Shown piece after piece: positions 1 to 9,005 of a stretch of 64,000 bases of DNA. This DNA comes from Rikenellaceae bacterium (lineage in GTDB: Bacteria; Bacteroidota; Bacteroidia; Bacteroidales; UBA932), in the NCBI GenBank assembly GCA_900771335.1, contig CAAGNP010000012.1:62350-126349 (forward strand). The letters run 5' to 3'. The number at the start of each line of letters is the position of its first letter. The first letter of the stretch is position 1. The translations under genes and the position numbers were made by a program. The notes under the pieces are model-generated. The model was not told the origin of the DNA. It ran no database searches and saw nothing but the letters and a program-made list of their open reading frames with translations.

Positions 1-1
1 C

Positions 2-301
2 CCCACTGAATGGAAATATTTGGGCGACAAGCCTGCCATTATAGACTTTTACGCCAGCTGGTGCGGACCATGCAAGATGGTAGCCCCTATCCTGGAAGAA
101 CTTGCTGCTGAATACGGAGACAGCATCGTAATATACAAGGTCAATACTGAAAAGGAGCAGGAGCTATCTGCAGCCTTCGGTATCAGATCCATCCCTACCA
201 TCATATTTGCCCCCATGAAGGGCAATCCACAAGTGGCCCAGGGTGCGATGGGTAAAGCTGAGTTCAAAAAACTTATTGATGAAATATTACTAAACAAATA
301 A
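2..301 (+). CDS. trxA: Thioredoxin, 5' end cut by window edge
   Basis: The frame is open from nt 2 (PTEWKYLGDKPAIIDFYASWCGPCK). It has the canonical WCGPC active site. The TTG at nt 20 in the ORF track is not the true start. Confidence 0.9.
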   Translation, partial: PTEWKYLGDKPAIIDFYASWCGPCKMVAPILEELAAEYGDSIVIYKVNTEKEQELSAAFGIRSIPTIIFAPMKGNPQVAQGAMGKAEFKKLIDEILLNK

Positions 302-304
302 ATT

Positions 305-640
305 ATGGACAGATTGCGCAAAATTAGAGAAATCCAACATGCCATTTCTCATGCTGAACACGCATTTAACGAGAAATATGGTCTTTGCTTCAACGAGGCT
401 ATGCTTCTATGCTACTTGAGAGAGACCAATAAGCCTATTACATCTGGAGAGATCAGTGACCTTCTTGTATTGAGTCACTCAAATACATCCAAGATCATCT
501 CCTCTACAGAAGACAAAGGTCTTATCCACAGAGAGCTTGGCCACGAAGACAAAAGACACATGTATTTCAACCTTACACCAAAGGGTGAAGAGGTACTGAA
601 CTCTATCGATTGCTCAATCCTGGAGATTCCAGAACTATAG
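305..640 (+). CDS. Small MarR-like winged-helix transcriptional regulator
   Basis: 111-aa ORF starting 4 nt after the trx stop. The helix-turn-helix plus wing pattern (ITSGEISDLLVLSHSNTSKIISSTEDKGLIHRE...DKRHMYFNLTPKGEEV) resembles short MarR-family proteins. Confidence 0.55.
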   Translation: MDRLRKIREIQHAISHAEHAFNEKYGLCFNEAMLLCYLRETNKPITSGEISDLLVLSHSNTSKIISSTEDKGLIHRELGHEDKRHMYFNLTPKGEEVLNSIDCSILEIPEL

Positions 641-664
641 AACACAAACATAAATGAAAATGAA

Positions 665-705
665 AAGGGGCTGAGCGGTATTATCCGTCAGCCCCTTTGT
701 CTTTT
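665..705. terminator. Bidirectional rho-independent terminator
   Basis: Stem AAGGGGCTGA(G)CGG / CCGTCAGCCCCTT with loop TATTAT. An A-run lies upstream and TTTGTCTTTT downstream. It sits between the convergent regulator gene and tRNA-Pro. Confidence 0.7.
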
Positions 706-780
706 GGTCGGAAAGAGGCGACTCGAACGCCCGACCCCTACGTCCCGAACGTAGTGCGCTACCAACTGCGCTACTTTCCG
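705..780 (-). tRNA. tRNA-Pro (anticodon CGG), CCA encoded
   Basis: The reverse complement folds as a cloverleaf: acceptor CGGAAAG/CTTTCCG, D stem GCGC/GCGC, anticodon stem CTACG/CGTAG with loop TTCGGGA, T arm GGGCG-TTCGAGT-CGCCT, discriminator A, then CCA. Confidence 0.85.
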
Positions 781-787
781 AAAAAAT

Positions 788-816
788 AAGGTGACTCTAT
801 GGTCACCTTTATTTTT
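788..816. terminator. Hairpin with flanking A-run and T-run between the two tRNA-Pro genes
   Basis: Stem AAGGTGAC / GTCACCTT with a 6-nt loop, preceded by AAAAAA and followed by TTTATTTTT. On the minus strand the T-run runs straight into the 5' end of the downstream tRNA. Confidence 0.5.
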
Positions 817-817
817 G

Positions 818-891
818 TCGGGATGAGATGACTCGAACATCCGACCCCCACGTCCCTAACGTGGTGCGCTAGCCAACTGCGCCACATCCCG
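818..891 (-). tRNA. tRNA-Pro-like, anticodon reads AGG, no encoded CCA
   Basis: Cloverleaf: acceptor CGGGATG/CATCCCG, D stem GCGC/GCGC, anticodon stem CCACG/CGTGG with loop TTAGGGA, T arm GGATG-TTCGAGT-CATCT, discriminator A, then CAA. Confidence 0.75.
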
Positions 892-901
892 AAATGGACC
901 G

Positions 902-909
902 CAAAGGTA
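902..909 (-). promoter_or_regulatory. Bacteroidota -7 box (TACCTTTG) for the tRNA-Pro genes
   Basis: The minus strand reads TAccTTTG, 11 nt upstream of the tRNA 5' end. Confidence 0.5.
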
Positions 910-941
910 AGAATTAATTTTTAATAGCAAACTATTTTTAA

Positions 942-949
942 TACTTTTG
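942..949 (+). promoter_or_regulatory. -7 box (TACTTTTG) for the SGNH hydrolase gene
   Basis: TAnnTTTG match 22 nt upstream of the ATG at 971. Confidence 0.5.
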
Positions 950-970
950 GGGTAGCAAAACAAAACGTAT

Positions 971-1699
971 ATGAAATCACTAAAAACTTTTCTCGCGATA
1001 GCAGTACTTGGATTTGCTATCTCATTTACTGCCAACGGACAAACCAAAGACTGGGCTAAATTTTCACGCTATGCAGACAAAAACACCGCCCAAACAGGCA
1101 AAGTGGATGTAGTATTTATGGGGGACTCTAACACCGAGATCTGGTATCGTGATCATCCTGCGTTTTTTGACCACAACAATTTTGCTGCACGCGGCATCTC
1201 AGGTCAGACTACAGCCGAAATGCTGTGCCGCTTCAGACCTGATGTCATAGAACTCAAACCCAAAGTGGTGGTATTTTGCGGAGGGACAAATGATGTAGCC
1301 CAAAACCTTGGATACATCTCGGTAGACAATATAATGGACAACATAGAATCGATGTATCAGCTTGCAAAATGCAATAAGATAGATTTTGTCATCATCTCTA
1401 TCCACCCCTCTGCAGGATTCTCATGGAGAAAGGATTTTGACCCTATCCCTATGATACAGGAGTGCAATGCTCGCCTCCAGGAATTTGCCAAGGCGAATAA
1501 AATTCCATATGTGGACTCGTACTCCAGATTTGCAGATGAGACCTTCGCATTCCCCAAGCCATACAGCTATGACGGCGTACATTTTACCAGCTATGGTTTC
1601 ACATTCCTGGAAGAGATGGTAATAGAGGTTCTTTCCAAAGAGCTGAAAAAGAAAAAAGGTGATTTTTACAAATCACCTTCTGAAGAACCTGTTCTATAA
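971..1699 (+). CDS. Secreted SGNH/GDSL-family hydrolase (acetylesterase-like)
   Basis: Has a signal peptide and SGNH blocks FMGDSNTE (I), GGTNDV (III) and DGVHFT (V). Confidence 0.85.
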   Translation: MKSLKTFLAIAVLGFAISFTANGQTKDWAKFSRYADKNTAQTGKVDVVFMGDSNTEIWYRDHPAFFDHNNFAARGISGQTTAEMLCRFRPDVIELKPKVVVFCGGTNDVAQNLGYISVDNIMDNIESMYQLAKCNKIDFVIISIHPSAGFSWRKDFDPIPMIQECNARLQEFAKANKIPYVDSYSRFADETFAFPKPYSYDGVHFTSYGFTFLEEMVIEVLSKELKKKKGDFYKSPSEEPVL

Positions 1700-1707
1700 T
1701 TGTTTGA

Positions 1708-2796
1708 TTACTCTCCTCTGAAGCGACGAGCCTGCTCCTGGATAAGTTCCTTATCCTCGAAGTAGTTGATTCTCATCGAACGGCGCACATCCTCAAGTGT
1801 TGCAGCTGCCACTGCGCGTGCTTCATCGCAACCTTTCTTGAGAATATCATAAACCATAGGTATATCTTTTTCAAACTCTTTGCGGCGTGCTCTGATAGGT
1901 TCAAGCATCTCCTGCAGGATAGAGTTAAGGAATTTCTTCACTTTCACATCACCAAGACCACCTCTGCGGTAGTGGTCTTTAACCTCGTCTAGATTTGCAT
2001 AATCAGGCCAGTATGCAGCAAAGTGCTCAGGACGGCAGAACGCGTCAAGATAAGTGAATACTGTATTCCCCTCCACTTTACCAGGATCCTCCACGCGAAG
2101 GTGGTTAGGATCGGTAAACATGCTCATTACCCTCTTGCGCACATCTTCAGCTGTATCTGAAAGATAGATGCAGTTGTTAAGTGATTTTGACATCTTAGCC
2201 TTGCCGTCTGTACCAGGGAGGCGAAGACATGCAGAGTTGTCCGGAAGGAGAATCTCCGGCTCCACAAGTGTATCACCGTATACAGAATTGAACTTGCGCA
2301 CTATCTCACGGGTCTGCTCGATCATAGGCTCCTGATCTTCACCCACAGGTACTGTAGTAGCCTTGAAAGCTGTAATGTCTGCAGCCTGGCTGATAGGGTA
2401 AGTAAAGAATCCTACCGGAATACTGGTCTCGAAGTTTCTCATCTGTATCTCTGTCTTCACTGTAGGGTTTCTCTGAAGTCGTGATACAGTCACAAGATTC
2501 ATATAGTAGAAAGAGAGTTCGCAAAGCTCCGGCACCATAGACTGGATGAAGATGGTACTTTTGGTTGGATCTATTCCACAAGAGAGGTAATCAAGTGCCA
2601 CCTCTATTATATTCTGACGCACTTTTTCAGGATTGTCCGCATTGTCAGTAAGGGCCTGGGCATCCGCAATCATGATGAAAATCTTCTCAAACTCACCTGA
2701 ATTCTGAAGTTCTACCCTTCTTCCCAAAGAGCCTACGAAGTGGCCCAAATGCAAACGACCGGTTGGACGGTCACCTGTAAGAATTATTTTTCCCAT
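1708..2796 (-). CDS. trpS: Tryptophan--tRNA ligase
   Basis: Class I motifs GRLHLGHF and KMSKS. The start was moved to the ATG at 2796 ([13 protein letters not shown]). Confidence 0.93.
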   Translation of the reverse strand: MGKIILTGDRPTGRLHLGHFVGSLGRRVELQNSGEFEKIFIMIADAQALTDNADNPEKVRQNIIEVALDYLSCGIDPTKSTIFIQSMVPELCELSFYYMNLVTVSRLQRNPTVKTEIQMRNFETSIPVGFFTYPISQAADITAFKATTVPVGEDQEPMIEQTREIVRKFNSVYGDTLVEPEILLPDNSACLRLPGTDGKAKMSKSLNNCIYLSDTAEDVRKRVMSMFTDPNHLRVEDPGKVEGNTVFTYLDAFCRPEHFAAYWPDYANLDEVKDHYRRGGLGDVKVKKFLNSILQEMLEPIRARRKEFEKDIPMVYDILKKGCDEARAVAAATLEDVRRSMRINYFEDKELIQEQARRFRGE

Positions 2797-2875
2797 ATAT
2801 ACTTTCAAATATTTGTGCAAATATAGCAAAAGGATTAAGTCTAAAGGTTAAATTTGTACTCCTAATCAAATTTTT

Positions 2876-4450
2876 ATGAAAAAGCTCCTTACAATCATCA
2901 CCATTCTGACCATATCCACTATGGGATACGGCCAATTGAAGCACAACTCCAAAAAGCCCATGGACCCTGCCACACTGCCTGTTGCGGAGAATCTCAAAGG
3001 GACAGTCATCACTGACACTATGGACTTCTCACTCATATACCCATCCACCAAAAGGAAAATACAGGTTTTCGTACCAAAACAATACGACGGAAGGACCCCG
3101 GCCTGTCTGGTAGTTGGGCTGGACGGGAATCTCTTCGGAGCCATAACGGTAATTGACAACCTCATACAGACAGGAGAGATGCCAGTAACAATCGGCATAT
3201 TCCTCGATCCCGGTGTAAGTTACCACCCCGACGGCTCTGTCGCACGATACAACAGAAGCAATGAATTTGACAGGACAGACAGACTTTTCGCCACATTCCT
3301 GGAGCAGGAGGTGATCCCGTTTGTGGAGCAGATGTCCACCCCTGACGGAAGGGAGATAAAGATATCCAGAGACCCCAACGACAGGGCAATAACCGGTGCG
3401 AGCAGCAGCGGCATTGCAGCTTTTACCGTAGCCTGGGAGCGTCCGGATCTGTTTAGTAGAGTCTACAGCTCTGTGGGGACATTCGTCGCAATGCGAGGGG
3501 GCAATGAGTACCCTGCCATCATCCGCAAAAGCGAGCCCAAGCCACTTAGAATCTACCTGCAGGATGGGGCCAACGACACATGGAACCATATATTCGGCGA
3601 CTGGTGGGAGTACAATCAGCTGATGGAGAGCGCTCTCAATTATGCCGGCTACGAGGTTATGAACAGATGGGACAAAGGGACACACAGCATAAAATACGGC
3701 ACTATAGCCTACCCTGATGCCATGCGCTGGCTTTGGAGGGGGTGGCCCCAAAGGGTGGAGTGCGGAAGCACTATGAACGAGATGATCACATCTGTAGTGG
3801 ATCCGGAATCCAAATGGGAAGAGCTGGTACTTCTGGAGGGGAGCGGCTACGGAGACATATCCGCATCATCCTCTGGCCTTATGGATGGGACACGCCCCCC
3901 GAAAGAGCTCAAAAACTCACTTTATACCACCCTGCCACTCCCGGATGGCAATGCATATGCTTCTACCAAAGATGGGGATATATGGTATTACAATGCTGAA
4001 AATAAAAAATGGAGACAGATGTACACTGTGGAGAATGGAGGTCCCCAAATGGCAATATATCCCGACCACAGACTTCTCGTGACTTCAGAAAAGAATTCAG
4101 ACTGGCTCATCAGCTATATAATACGCCCCGATGGTGAACTGTATGCGGGCCAGAGATTCTACTGGCTGCACAACACCTCAAACCATTCACAGTGCCGGAC
4201 AGGAAATATGGTATTCGACACCAACGGCAATCTCTATGTGGCTACATACATGGGGGTACAAATATGTGACCAGAACGGTCGTGTGAGGGGAATACTTTCA
4301 CTTCCAGGGGGACCGGTAGAGGAGTTGTGGTTTGTCGGCGATATCCTTATGGTAAAGAGCGGTGGCAGGATCTACTCGCGTAAACTCCTTACCACCGCCC
4401 ATCAAAGTAACCATGCCCCTATCGAAGTCAAATCGCAGGGGCAAGGGTAA
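2876..4450 (+). CDS. Secreted esterase (enterochelin-esterase-like alpha/beta hydrolase) fused to an SMP-30/gluconolactonase-like beta-propeller region
   Basis: Has a signal peptide. The N-terminal half carries VFVPKQYDG...VVGLDG and the nucleophile elbow GASSSG. The C-terminal half has propeller-like repeats (DGNAYASTKDGDIWYY, FDTNGNLYVATYMG). Confidence 0.65.
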   Translation: MKKLLTIITILTISTMGYGQLKHNSKKPMDPATLPVAENLKGTVITDTMDFSLIYPSTKRKIQVFVPKQYDGRTPACLVVGLDGNLFGAITVIDNLIQTGEMPVTIGIFLDPGVSYHPDGSVARYNRSNEFDRTDRLFATFLEQEVIPFVEQMSTPDGREIKISRDPNDRAITGASSSGIAAFTVAWERPDLFSRVYSSVGTFVAMRGGNEYPAIIRKSEPKPLRIYLQDGANDTWNHIFGDWWEYNQLMESALNYAGYEVMNRWDKGTHSIKYGTIAYPDAMRWLWRGWPQRVECGSTMNEMITSVVDPESKWEELVLLEGSGYGDISASSSGLMDGTRPPKELKNSLYTTLPLPDGNAYASTKDGDIWYYNAENKKWRQMYTVENGGPQMAIYPDHRLLVTSEKNSDWLISYIIRPDGELYAGQRFYWLHNTSNHSQCRTGNMVFDTNGNLYVATYMGVQICDQNGRVRGILSLPGGPVEELWFVGDILMVKSGGRIYSRKLLTTAHQSNHAPIEVKSQGQG

Positions 4451-4454
4451 TCAT

Positions 4455-5972
4455 TTATTTCACTTTCTTGAAGTCTCCGATAGGGTCATTGACATCGAAA
4501 GTAAGAGACTGCACTTTTTTGTTCTTGGCTGTGAAGATCAGGTCAAATGTACCGCTTCCCGGCTGGAAGAATGTGAATACATCCCCATTCTTATGGGTTA
4601 GAGGGCTGTCCACTTTATTGAGATTGAAGTAGAGCTGTCCATCTTTTTCGTACACTTTGGCATTGCCCCATACATCCTGGTAATATGTACCTACATATGC
4701 TTTGTTTGGAAGTGGAGCCACAGGTGTTACCTCCTCCTCTTCCTCCTCATCATCAGAGAAGAGATCCTCTTTATACTCAGCAAGGTACTCATCGAAGTAT
4801 GCCGATTTCTTATTGCCATAATATCTCTCGATAAGGTCGCGCGCAATGGCAGATTGTGGATCAGAGCTGCTGCCGTTGTTTGTAAGGAACACAAAACCGA
4901 GATTAAGGTCCGGAACCATACCCACAAGTGCTGTGTAGCCGTAAGCAAGACCTGTATGGCGGATATATTTGCCCCTTCTGTTGTGCTCGATAGTCCACCC
5001 TTGAGCATAGTTGCAGAGTCTTTCATCACTGCATGATGTGATGGTTTGTGGATAAAAAAGCATGTCGTGGTTCTCGCGTGAAATGACCTCCTTACCATTG
5101 AACTCACCATGGGCAAGGTTCATTTTCACCCAGTTAGCCATATCTTCCACTGTCGAGATAACGAAACCTGCAGGTGCTACAGCCGACAGCCATGTGAAGG
5201 CGTCCTGCTTGTCTGTACGTGGCACTACTGTGATTTCGTCAGCATCCTCAGCTTTGCGCATACGGTAGCCCTGAGCCAGATTCTCGGCTGTGAAGAATGA
5301 TACATTGCCTGTGGTACTGTTTTTCATCTCAAGAGGGGTGAAAATTCTCTCTACGATAGCCTCATCCCAGCTTTTGCCTGTATATTTCTCGATAATTTTG
5401 GCAGATACAGTATACATTTCATTGTTATATGCATATTTGGTGCGGAAGCTGTATGTGGGTCTTACCACTGCGAACAGCTTGTAAAGGTCATCGCGGTCAT
5501 ATCCCCAAGCAGGAAAATCGTCAAGCGCATAGCTCTTCCATCCTGTATGGTGTGACATAATCTCACGAACCTGGAAGTTTTCTGTAACCCATGGATCGTA
5601 AAGTCTGAAGTCGGGAAGATACTGTTTTACGGGTGCATCCCATTTGATCTCAGGATAGTCATCCATAACTGTAGCAAGAAGACCTGCTGTAATGGCTTTA
5701 GATGTGGATGCAATGACAAATTTTGTCTGTGGGGTAACAGGAACTGCTGCATTGACAGAGTCGCCCAGATGTGCCTTGCCGAAGCCTTGCATGAAGACCA
5801 CTTCTCCATCTTTGACCACTGCCACGGCCATACCTGGCACTTTCCACTCATCGATGGCCCTCTGGCACATCTTGTCAAATCCCTTAGGGATAGATTTGTA
5901 ATACTTGGCTGCAGGATCGCTGTTGCAGGAGATCAACGCAACAAGCGACAACAATAGAAAGAATTTTTTCAT
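4455..5972 (-). CDS. Serine hydrolase, beta-lactamase/transpeptidase-like (class C fold) lipoprotein with DUF3471-like C-terminus
   Basis: SxxK motif STSKAIT and lipobox LISC. The start was moved to MKKFFLLL (ATG at 5972). Confidence 0.8.
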   Translation of the reverse strand: MKKFFLLLSLVALISCNSDPAAKYYKSIPKGFDKMCQRAIDEWKVPGMAVAVVKDGEVVFMQGFGKAHLGDSVNAAVPVTPQTKFVIASTSKAITAGLLATVMDDYPEIKWDAPVKQYLPDFRLYDPWVTENFQVREIMSHHTGWKSYALDDFPAWGYDRDDLYKLFAVVRPTYSFRTKYAYNNEMYTVSAKIIEKYTGKSWDEAIVERIFTPLEMKNSTTGNVSFFTAENLAQGYRMRKAEDADEITVVPRTDKQDAFTWLSAVAPAGFVISTVEDMANWVKMNLAHGEFNGKEVISRENHDMLFYPQTITSCSDERLCNYAQGWTIEHNRRGKYIRHTGLAYGYTALVGMVPDLNLGFVFLTNNGSSSDPQSAIARDLIERYYGNKKSAYFDEYLAEYKEDLFSDDEEEEEEVTPVAPLPNKAYVGTYYQDVWGNAKVYEKDGQLYFNLNKVDSPLTHKNGDVFTFFQPGSGTFDLIFTAKNKKVQSLTFDVNDPIGDFKKVK

Positions 5973-6027
5973 AGATATCTGATATTTGAATTGATTTTCC
6001 ATTTGAGTATCCACAAAGTTATGCAAA

Positions 6028-6067
6028 CTTGCCTATCTTTGCAAAAACTTGCCTATCTTTGCAAAAA
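6028..6067 (+). repeat. Perfect 20-bp tandem duplication carrying two -7 promoter boxes
   Basis: CTTGCCTATCTTTGCAAAAA occurs twice (6028-6047 and 6048-6067). Each copy contains TATCTTTG (6034-6041 and 6054-6061). Confidence 0.9.
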
Positions 6068-6080
6068 CACTTCAATACTT

Positions 6081-6560
6081 ATGAAAATGGAAAACGAAAT
6101 TACAATCAAAGATATCAGATCTACACGCTTTGTATGGGATAGAATGTCCAATGTGACAACTGCTATGGCTGTTATTGGTGTACTCGGAATCTCCATCTTC
6201 ATGATTCTGCAAATCAAGACAGAGGGGTGTCAAATGCTTATCGGAGTAGCTGTTCTCGTACTCACAATGGCTGGTCTTGCCACTTTCACCCCCCTGGGTC
6301 TTACTGTCGATGATGAGTACATCGTAATCAACAAACTGGTGGGAAAGGTAATAATAAATAAAAAGGAGATCACTTCCATACAGCCGGTGGAAGGGAAGCT
6401 GGTACGCCGCTCCGGTCGCCTGGCTGGAAGCAATGGAGGCTTCGGCTATTGGGGTAAATACCGCCACCGTACTATCGGATCATATAGCCTTTACGCTACC
6501 AACCTTGAGAGACTTGTCATGATAGAGACAGACAGAAAGAAATATATCATAAACTACTGA
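6081..6560 (+). CDS. Membrane protein with bacterial PH-like (bPH/YdbS-like) domain
   Basis: Two TM helices are followed by a small beta-rich domain (IVINKLVGKVIINKKEITSIQPVEG). The start was set at ATG 6081, downstream of the duplicated promoter. Confidence 0.45.
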   Translation: MKMENEITIKDIRSTRFVWDRMSNVTTAMAVIGVLGISIFMILQIKTEGCQMLIGVAVLVLTMAGLATFTPLGLTVDDEYIVINKLVGKVIINKKEITSIQPVEGKLVRRSGRLAGSNGGFGYWGKYRHRTIGSYSLYATNLERLVMIETDRKKYIINY

Positions 6561-6567
6561 TAAAAAA

Positions 6568-6592
6568 AGCACAGGGCCCTTAACCCTGTGCT
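6568..6592 (-). terminator. Rho-independent terminator for the downstream peroxiredoxin gene
   Basis: 9-bp stem AGCACAGGG/CCCTGTGCT. On the minus strand it is followed by a T-run (plus-strand A7 at 6562-6568). Confidence 0.65.
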
Positions 6593-6615
6593 GTCAATAA
6601 CCAATCACTTTAAAT

Positions 6616-7341
6616 CTAGATTCCGAGCTCTTTCTCTACTGTCTCTTTGGAGAGTTTTTTGGTGCAGAAGAACCAGTCATGGCAGTGAACGTCTTCATCG
6701 CTGCTCTCCATCCTATCCTTTGCCACTCCGCAAGATCCCGCTGTAGGCACTATCACATCATCTCCCGGTCTCCAGTCTGCCGGCATTGCCACACCGAACT
6801 TGTCTGCTGCCTGAAGGGCTATGATAACCCTCTTGATCTCATCAAAATTGCGCCCGAGAACTATAGGATAATACATTATAGTGCGGATCCTGTCTTGTGG
6901 GTCGATAAAGAAGACCGCCCTCACTGCTGCTGTCTCATTATCTCCAGGATGGATCATTCCGTACAGGGAAGCGACATCTGTCTTTATATCCACTATCAGC
7001 GGGAACTTGACCTCCACATCTTTCATCCCCTTCCAGTTGATCTTCTCCTTAATAGTCCTGAGCCATGCAATGTGGCTATACAGTCCATCTACCGAGAGAC
7101 CTACAAGCTGGGTATTGAGAGCCTCAAACTCCTTGGCCATACTTGCAAAAGTCATGAACTCTGAAGTACATACCGGGGTAAAATCTGCAGGGTGGCTGAA
7201 AAGGATTTTCCACTTACCCTTAAAGTCTCCGGGGAAATTGATTTCACCTTGGGTGGTTACAGCCTTGAAAGAGGGTGCCAAATCGCCGATACGGGGCATT
7301 GGTTTATATATATTCTGGTTTGAAATATTATTGTGTTCCAT
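6616..7341 (-). CDS. Peroxiredoxin, Prx6 (1-Cys-type) subfamily, copy 1
   Basis: Peroxidatic motif DFTPVCTSEF and a C-terminal CHDWFFC pair. Confidence 0.9.
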   Translation of the reverse strand: MEHNNISNQNIYKPMPRIGDLAPSFKAVTTQGEINFPGDFKGKWKILFSHPADFTPVCTSEFMTFASMAKEFEALNTQLVGLSVDGLYSHIAWLRTIKEKINWKGMKDVEVKFPLIVDIKTDVASLYGMIHPGDNETAAVRAVFFIDPQDRIRTIMYYPIVLGRNFDEIKRVIIALQAADKFGVAMPADWRPGDDVIVPTAGSCGVAKDRMESSDEDVHCHDWFFCTKKLSKETVEKELGI

Positions 7342-7384
7342 ATTCTTATATTTTTAAATTGTTATTACTTCGTTTTATGTATTG

Positions 7385-7392
7385 CAAAAGTA
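7385..7392 (-). promoter_or_regulatory. -7 box (TACTTTTG) for peroxiredoxin copy 1
   Basis: Minus-strand TAnnTTTG about 45 nt upstream of the ATG at 7341. Confidence 0.45.
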
Positions 7393-7472
7393 CTGCCGTA
7401 TTTTTATTTACACAAACGATACAATCTATAAGAATATTGACGCAATCAATATTTATCCAACCTTTCGCCCCC

Positions 7473-8150
7473 CTATAGCTTCTTGGAACACAAGTACCAT
7501 TCGTGGCACTTTAACCCCTCCTCTGCCACACGCTCCTTGGCCTCATCAGTGGTAATAGGGTAATGGAGCACTACATCTTTTCCAGGCTCCCAATTGGCCG
7601 GCATTGCCACTCCGTGGGCATCTGAGGTCTGAAGACCTATTATGACCCTCTTGATCTCTTCAAAGTTGCGGCCCAGATTGAGGGGATAATATATGATGGC
7701 ACGGATCTTATCTGCAGGATCGATAAAAAATACTGCACGAATACAGGCATTGTTGCTCTCTCCCGGCATTATCATTCCGTATAAGGTAGAGACATTTTTG
7801 CTCAAATCGACGATGATAGGGAAGCCTATCTCCACATTTTTCGCCCCCTCCCACTCTATCTTCTCCTGAATATTCCTTACCCATGCAATGTGGCTGCTGA
7901 GGCTGTCGACAGAAAGACCCACTATCTGGGTATTGAGCGCCTCAAACTCTTTCTGCATATTGGCAAAAGCGATAAACTCTGTGGTGCATACAGGGGTAAA
8001 ATCTGCAGGGTGGCTGAAAAGGATCTTCCATTTTCCCGCATAATCTCCGGGGAAGTTCAATTTTCCGTGGGTGGTCATCGCCCTGAACTCTGGGGCCTGG
8101 TCCCCAATTCGGGGCATAGACCACTGAATAGAAGTGTTTTGTGTATCCAT
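7473..8150 (-). CDS. Peroxiredoxin, Prx6 (1-Cys-type) subfamily, copy 2
   Basis: DFTPVCTTEF and a C-terminal CHEWYLC. By eye it is roughly two-thirds identical to copy 1. Confidence 0.9.
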   Translation of the reverse strand: MDTQNTSIQWSMPRIGDQAPEFRAMTTHGKLNFPGDYAGKWKILFSHPADFTPVCTTEFIAFANMQKEFEALNTQIVGLSVDSLSSHIAWVRNIQEKIEWEGAKNVEIGFPIIVDLSKNVSTLYGMIMPGESNNACIRAVFFIDPADKIRAIIYYPLNLGRNFEEIKRVIIGLQTSDAHGVAMPANWEPGKDVVLHYPITTDEAKERVAEEGLKCHEWYLCSKKL

Positions 8151-8180
8151 GATAGAAAATTTAAGTCAAATGCATATAGA

Positions 8181-8188
8181 CAAAGTTA
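8181..8188 (-). promoter_or_regulatory. -7 box (TAACTTTG) for peroxiredoxin copy 2
   Basis: Minus-strand TAnnTTTG 31 nt upstream of the ATG at 8150. Confidence 0.45.
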
Positions 8189-8257
8189 GCAAAAATTGTA
8201 GTTTTTGGGAGATTTGAGAAAAATCCTTACCTTGGTAGGATAATTAATCCGGATAAG

Positions 8258-8995
8258 ATGGCACCACTATCGGCAAACAAAATAAAATATATACGCTCAT
8301 TGGGGCAGAAAAAGTTCAGGGACGAATATGGTCTTTTCGTGGCTGAGGGGGAGAAAATTGTAGCTGAGGCCAAAGCTTCAGGATACCATATAGAAGAGAT
8401 TTACCACGCTGATGAGATAGGGAGCGAAACCATGTCCAGGATATCAAATCTGGCATCCCCATCTCCGGTACTGGCAGTAATACGCAAACCTGAATTTCGG
8501 GCTGAGGATATTCTTAACAATCTGAACTCAGAAAAAAAAGGTCTATATCTGGCCCTCGATGGGGTAAAAGACCCCGGGAACCTCGGTACTATAATAAGGG
8601 TGGCTGACTGGTTCGGAGTGGATTCGATCTTCGCCAGTCCCGGCACCGTCGAAGTATATAACCCGAAAGTGGTTCAGGCCACTATGGGGGCCATCTTCAG
8701 AAAACAGGTCATATATACGGATCTTCCGGATCTGTGCAGAAGATTCATATCAGCATCCCTCCCTGTATATGGGACCTTCCTTGATGGCAAAAACATGTAC
8801 GATTCCCTCAAGCATGATGAAAAACATGGTCTTATAGTTATGGGGAGCGAATCATTCGGTATATCCGACCAGCTCAGGGAACTCATCAGTCACAAACTCT
8901 ACATTCCACCCTATCCTGCCGATGCCAGTACATCAGAATCCCTGAATGTAGCCATCGCTACAGCTATCATTTGCGCTGAATTCAGAAAACATTAA
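8258..8995 (+). CDS. TrmH/SpoU-family RNA 2'-O-methyltransferase
   Basis: SPOUT motifs are present (LDGVKDPGNLGTIIRVADWFG, GSESFGIS, ESLNVAIATAI). Confidence 0.85.
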   Translation: MAPLSANKIKYIRSLGQKKFRDEYGLFVAEGEKIVAEAKASGYHIEEIYHADEIGSETMSRISNLASPSPVLAVIRKPEFRAEDILNNLNSEKKGLYLALDGVKDPGNLGTIIRVADWFGVDSIFASPGTVEVYNPKVVQATMGAIFRKQVIYTDLPDLCRRFISASLPVYGTFLDGKNMYDSLKHDEKHGLIVMGSESFGISDQLRELISHKLYIPPYPADASTSESLNVAIATAIICAEFRKH

Positions 8996-9005
8996 AATTA
9001 TAAAT

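Noticed and set aside
856-1047. 63-aa minus-strand ORF
   Set aside because: It overlaps tRNA-Pro(AGG), its promoter and the 5' end of the SGNH hydrolase gene.
3029-3751. 240-aa antisense ORF inside the esterase gene. The same pattern applies to 39293-40078 (261 aa in glgB), 35947-36671 (in the GT4 gene), 6679-7357 (in prx) and 61159-61702 (in lptB).
   Set aside because: These are shadow ORFs opposite genes with strong motif support. They have no independent motifs and biased Arg/Ser/Pro composition.
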